Source: Podarcis vaucheri (lineage: Eukaryota). From it: a stretch of DNA of 64,000 nucleotides. Positions 62,501 to 64,000 of the stretch are shown one piece after another. Position 1 is the stretch's first letter; each line of letters starts with the position of its first letter. Both the position numbers and the translations under genes were made by a program. Below the pieces are notes generated by a model. That model worked only from the letters and a program-made list of their open reading frames with translations, ran no database searches and had not been told where the DNA came from. The stretch is from the NCBI GenBank assembly GCA_965113315.1, contig OZ220369.1, one strand, 5' to 3'.

Positions 62501-64000
62501 TTCATGTCACAACAACAAGGACATCCCTAATGGACTGCTTCCCTGCCTATCTTCTCATCCTTCTGTTTCCACCCCAGGTGATTTTTCCTAGCTGCTGCAG
62601 CAAAAATAAGCCATGATTTGGTTTTGCATGTTGTCTGGACCCAGGCTTATGATTTGTCTCACTCCATAGCACAAGTTGCAACCAAGTGGGTTTCTAGCTC
62701 ACAGTCTGCCAGGGGGAGACAATCAGACAACATGCTAAGCCAAACCATGGTTTAGCTCAAGGTAGCAGGGCAGCAGCAGCAAGGCTGGAAGAGGAGCAAA
62801 GCTGCAACCTCATATCTGGGAACCCTCATGCCTGCATATTCACACTTACGTTTAGATTAGTGTTATAAAAGCACTGTAGAGGCCTATGTATATGCTGCAC
62901 AAACACTCAAAAAATCAAAATCCTGCAACCAGAAAATTAAATTATGTATCCAGAAAAGTTTGCACACTTCAAACGTATGCTTATTTGCACAAAATGGACT
63001 ATAGGAAGAGTCCTGTTGGATCAGGCCAATGACCCGATGCCTGTAGGAAACTGGCAAGCAGGACCCTTCATGGAACACAAGGGCTAGAAATTTGTGTGGG
63101 TTTTTTGCGGGGGGTGTGTGTATGTCATTTTTTATGGAGGATGGGAAAAGGAGAGCGGAAATTGGTAGGATTATTACTATTAATACTCAACCCACATTTA
63201 GTCAAAAAATGTCCTAGGATACTCTGAGGATGCTAAAGCTCCTCCCTGGTGCAGGGAAGCATCAGAGGAGGCCTGAACTCTCAACCTCCACCCCTTGCCT
63301 TCCTTGCATAAAAGTCCCTTTGCCAGAAGAACAAACCAACCCACATTTCCCAAATTAATGACACAAATCCTACCTGTGACTACTTGGTCCCCATTTGAGA
63401 CATTCCTGGTGCTGCCTTGTAACCTCGTTTTCACTGGTGCAGAGGGCAGGGGTGCTACTGGGCTCTCCTTATTGGGTTGGGGCTTGCCTGTCAAACATTC
63501 CACCTTTGGGGGGGTTTCCAACATCAAAGTGTTTGGTTTGCTTAGCAGGTATGGTAGGTCCACCCAGCAAGCCGCAGCTTCTTCTTTGTTACCCTGATTA
63601 GAAGCATCCTCAACTTGTGCATCTGTCTCCACTGAAGGGCTGCTGCAGCTGCTCCCCAACATTTTTGCTGTTATCCCAGAACTGAGAGGCAGAAAAGCAC
63701 TCTCAGCTTGCTGTTGAGAACAATCCACATTCTCTTGCCCAGCCTCTTGGAGCAGGTGTGCCTCTGTCTCACCTTGGAGTGTGCTTCCAGAACTGGTCTG
63801 CTTCTCCTTCTCAGAGAGGCTTTGCTTGGCTAAACATTGGAGGTTTTCCTCTCCATAAACACTGCTACCCAACCCCACTAATGCCTCTGCTGGCCTCGGG
63901 CTCACCTTCTCCAACTGCTCAACTGGGTGATGGTGCTCCACCATCCACTCAGAAGTGTGACCTGTGACTTCTACTGACAGTTCTTGTGAGAGGTGACCGT
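33503..64000 (-). CDS. PLEKHG4: PLEKHG4 (puratrophin-1-like RhoGEF: Sec14/CRAL-TRIO-like region, spectrin-like repeats, DH, PH), 5'-partial, 21 coding exons in window
   Basis: complement join(63374->64000,60351-60566,58657-58780,56814-56907,56442-56528,53741-53857,53449-53547,52612-52760,48311-48449,47217-47339,44594-44788,38876-39648,38118-38367,37529-37618,37205-37429,36679-36849,35958-36135,35137-35253,34784-35032,34012-34211,33503-33508). GT-AG introns with consistent phases. DH motifs ([34 protein letters not shown]) and PH motif ([14 protein letters not shown]). Called PLEKHG4 rather than PLEKHG4B from convergent synteny with KCTD19. Confidence 0.9.
34012..34211 (-). CDS. PLEKHG4: PLEKHG4 penultimate coding exon
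   Basis: [25 protein letters not shown]...SQYVSA; donor GCG|GTAAGT. Confidence 0.88.
34784..35032 (-). CDS. PLEKHG4: PLEKHG4 exon
   Basis: [20 protein letters not shown]...LGPLNLHMY...[17 protein letters not shown]. Confidence 0.9.
35137..35253 (-). CDS. PLEKHG4: PLEKHG4 exon
   Basis: [38 protein letters not shown]. Confidence 0.95.
35958..36135 (-). CDS. PLEKHG4: PLEKHG4 exon (PH domain)
   Basis: [59 protein letters not shown]. Confidence 0.95.
36679..36849 (-). CDS. PLEKHG4: PLEKHG4 exon (PH domain)
   Basis: [57 protein letters not shown]. Confidence 0.95.
37205..37429 (-). CDS. PLEKHG4: PLEKHG4 exon (DH domain end)
   Basis: [33 protein letters not shown]...[19 protein letters not shown]. 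Confidence 0.95.
37529..37618 (-). CDS. PLEKHG4: PLEKHG4 exon (DH domain)
   Basis: [30 protein letters not shown]. Confidence 0.95.
38118..38367 (-). CDS. PLEKHG4: PLEKHG4 exon (DH domain)
   Basis: [58 protein letters not shown]...CFLRH. Confidence 0.95.
38876..39648 (-). CDS. PLEKHG4: PLEKHG4 large exon before the DH domain
   Basis: [12 protein letters not shown]...LRKAQSFD...[24 protein letters not shown]...; donor GTAGGT. Confidence 0.92.
40291..40306 (+). promoter_or_regulatory. CTCF consensus motif
   Basis: GCCACCAGAGGGCGCC matches the CTCF core CCASYAGRKGGCRS. Confidence 0.5.
40327..40647. mobile_element. hAT (Charlie-like) MITE with an internal ~70-bp tandem duplication
   Basis: Ends CAGGGGTCAGCAACCT / AGGTTGCCTACCCATG; repeat CCCCACAAATAACCCAGAGATGCATTTTAAATAAAAG at about 40430 and 40501; TSD not clear. 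Confidence 0.7.
41278..41635 (+). mobile_element. Sauria SINE, full length
   Basis: tRNA-like head GGGACACGGGTGGCG...GGTTCGGATCCC, body ...AGTAGATAAATAGGTACC..., (ACCTTT)n tail; 13-bp TSD AACGCTTTCCCAA / AACGATTTCCCAA. Confidence 0.9.
44113..44367. mobile_element. Foldback MITE (PIF/Harbinger-like), copy 2
   Basis: TIRs GGGCTCATCCACACTTC / GAAGTGTGAATGAGCCC. Confidence 0.7.
44594..44788 (-). CDS. PLEKHG4: PLEKHG4 exon (spectrin-like)
   Basis: [20 protein letters not shown]...[21 protein letters not shown]. Confidence 0.9.
45625..45671 (-). mobile_element. Extremely 5'-truncated Sauria SINE-like tail (47 bp)
   Basis: Reverse-complemented GGGGTCCTTTACCTTTTTACC tail; perfect 13-bp TSD ACTAAGGGTGTAA at 45612-45624 and 45672-45684. 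Confidence 0.75.
47217..47339 (-). CDS. PLEKHG4: PLEKHG4 exon (spectrin-like)
   Basis: [41 protein letters not shown]. Confidence 0.9.
47531..47575 (+). repeat. (TTA)n microsatellite
   Basis: Seen directly. Confidence 0.9.
48311..48449 (-). CDS. PLEKHG4: PLEKHG4 exon
   Basis: [46 protein letters not shown]. Confidence 0.9.
50200..50475 (+). mobile_element. CR1 LINE fragment
   Basis: CAGTGTGCGG...GTGAAAAAGGGCTAATTCTATGTTAGGGATCATT...GGAGCAACTCCCTTATGAGGAAAGGTTA, typical of the CR1 ORF2 3' region. Confidence 0.65.
51569..51844. mobile_element. Foldback MITE (PIF/Harbinger-like), copy 3
   Basis: GGGCTTATCCACAC...TGTGGACCAGCCC; shares its core with copies 1 and 2. Confidence 0.65.
52612..52760 (-). 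CDS. PLEKHG4: PLEKHG4 exon
   Basis: [49 protein letters not shown]. Confidence 0.92.
53449..53547 (-). CDS. PLEKHG4: PLEKHG4 exon
   Basis: [33 protein letters not shown]. Confidence 0.9.
53741..53857 (-). CDS. PLEKHG4: PLEKHG4 exon
   Basis: [39 protein letters not shown]. Confidence 0.92.
54603..54853. mobile_element. Tigger-like MITE (degenerate left end)
   Basis: Inverted ends TACCTGGGAAGTTGAACG / CGTTCGACTTCCGAGGTA and an internal palindrome ATTGGCTGCAG...CTGCAGCCAAT. Confidence 0.6.
55298..55647. mobile_element. Tigger-like MITE
   Basis: TIRs CAGTGGTGCC / GGCACCACTG with TA on both sides; internal repeats of CGCAAGACGAA and a duplicated CCGCTAGACGAAGAGAATCACAGAA. Confidence 0.85.
56442..56528 (-). 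CDS. PLEKHG4: PLEKHG4 exon
   Basis: [29 protein letters not shown]. Confidence 0.88.
56814..56907 (-). CDS. PLEKHG4: PLEKHG4 exon (Sec14-like)
   Basis: [31 protein letters not shown]. Confidence 0.92.
57795..57856 (+). repeat. Compound trinucleotide microsatellite (GGT/GAT/ACA)
   Basis: Seen directly. Confidence 0.85.
58657..58780 (-). CDS. PLEKHG4: PLEKHG4 exon (Sec14-like)
   Basis: [40 protein letters not shown]. Confidence 0.92.
60351..60566 (-). CDS. PLEKHG4: PLEKHG4 exon
   Basis: ...[18 protein letters not shown]; acceptor TTTTACAG, donor GTAATA. Confidence 0.88.
61277..61476. other. Assembly gap (200 N)
   Basis: Run of N characters. Confidence 0.99.
61714..61737 (+). repeat. (CA)n microsatellite
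   Basis: Seen directly. Confidence 0.9.
61894..62088 (+). mobile_element. tRNA-derived squamate SINE (degenerate)
   Basis: Head with A-box/B-box-like TAGTTCAGTGG...GGTTCTATCCC; body CTGGAGAGCCACTG...AGTCAGTGTAGACAGTACT; tail AAGGCAACTTCCTATGT. Confidence 0.65.
63374..64000 (-). CDS. PLEKHG4: PLEKHG4 large N-terminal exon (runs off the right edge)
   Basis: Frame is open to the window edge ([25 protein letters not shown]...NGDQVVT); donor CAG|GTAGGA, phase 1, compatible with 60351-60566. Confidence 0.75.

Overview
Vertebrate genomic DNA, most likely a squamate and probably a lacertid lizard (inferred from a Sauria SINE and a BovB LINE fragment). It carries the conserved LRRC36 - KCTD19 - PLEKHG4 block. 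LRRC36 coding exons 1-2 lie on the minus strand (the gene runs off the left edge) and share a CpG-island bidirectional promoter with KCTD19. KCTD19 is complete on the plus strand: 16 coding exons, 6542-30144, 921 aa by my exon assembly. PLEKHG4 (puratrophin-1-like RhoGEF) is convergent on the minus strand: 21 coding exons, 33503 to beyond 64000, 5' end outside the window. Introns hold many transposable elements: hAT and Tigger MITEs, foldback MITEs, two solo LTRs, BovB, Sauria and other tRNA-derived SINEs, and CR1/L2 fragments. The most unusual feature is a 2.46-kb composite hAT element in the last KCTD19 intron (26637-29094). It has inverted termini CAGTGGCGTAG and a perfect 8-bp target-site duplication (TSD) GTGTCCAC, and encloses about 2.2 kb of CpG-island-like, non-transposase DNA, i.e. 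a candidate 'Pack-hAT' that moved a regulatory island. A second hAT element carries two exact tandem copies of the Ig-VH-type heptamer-octamer POU site. Gene identities rest on recalled human protein sequences and synteny; no database searches were run.
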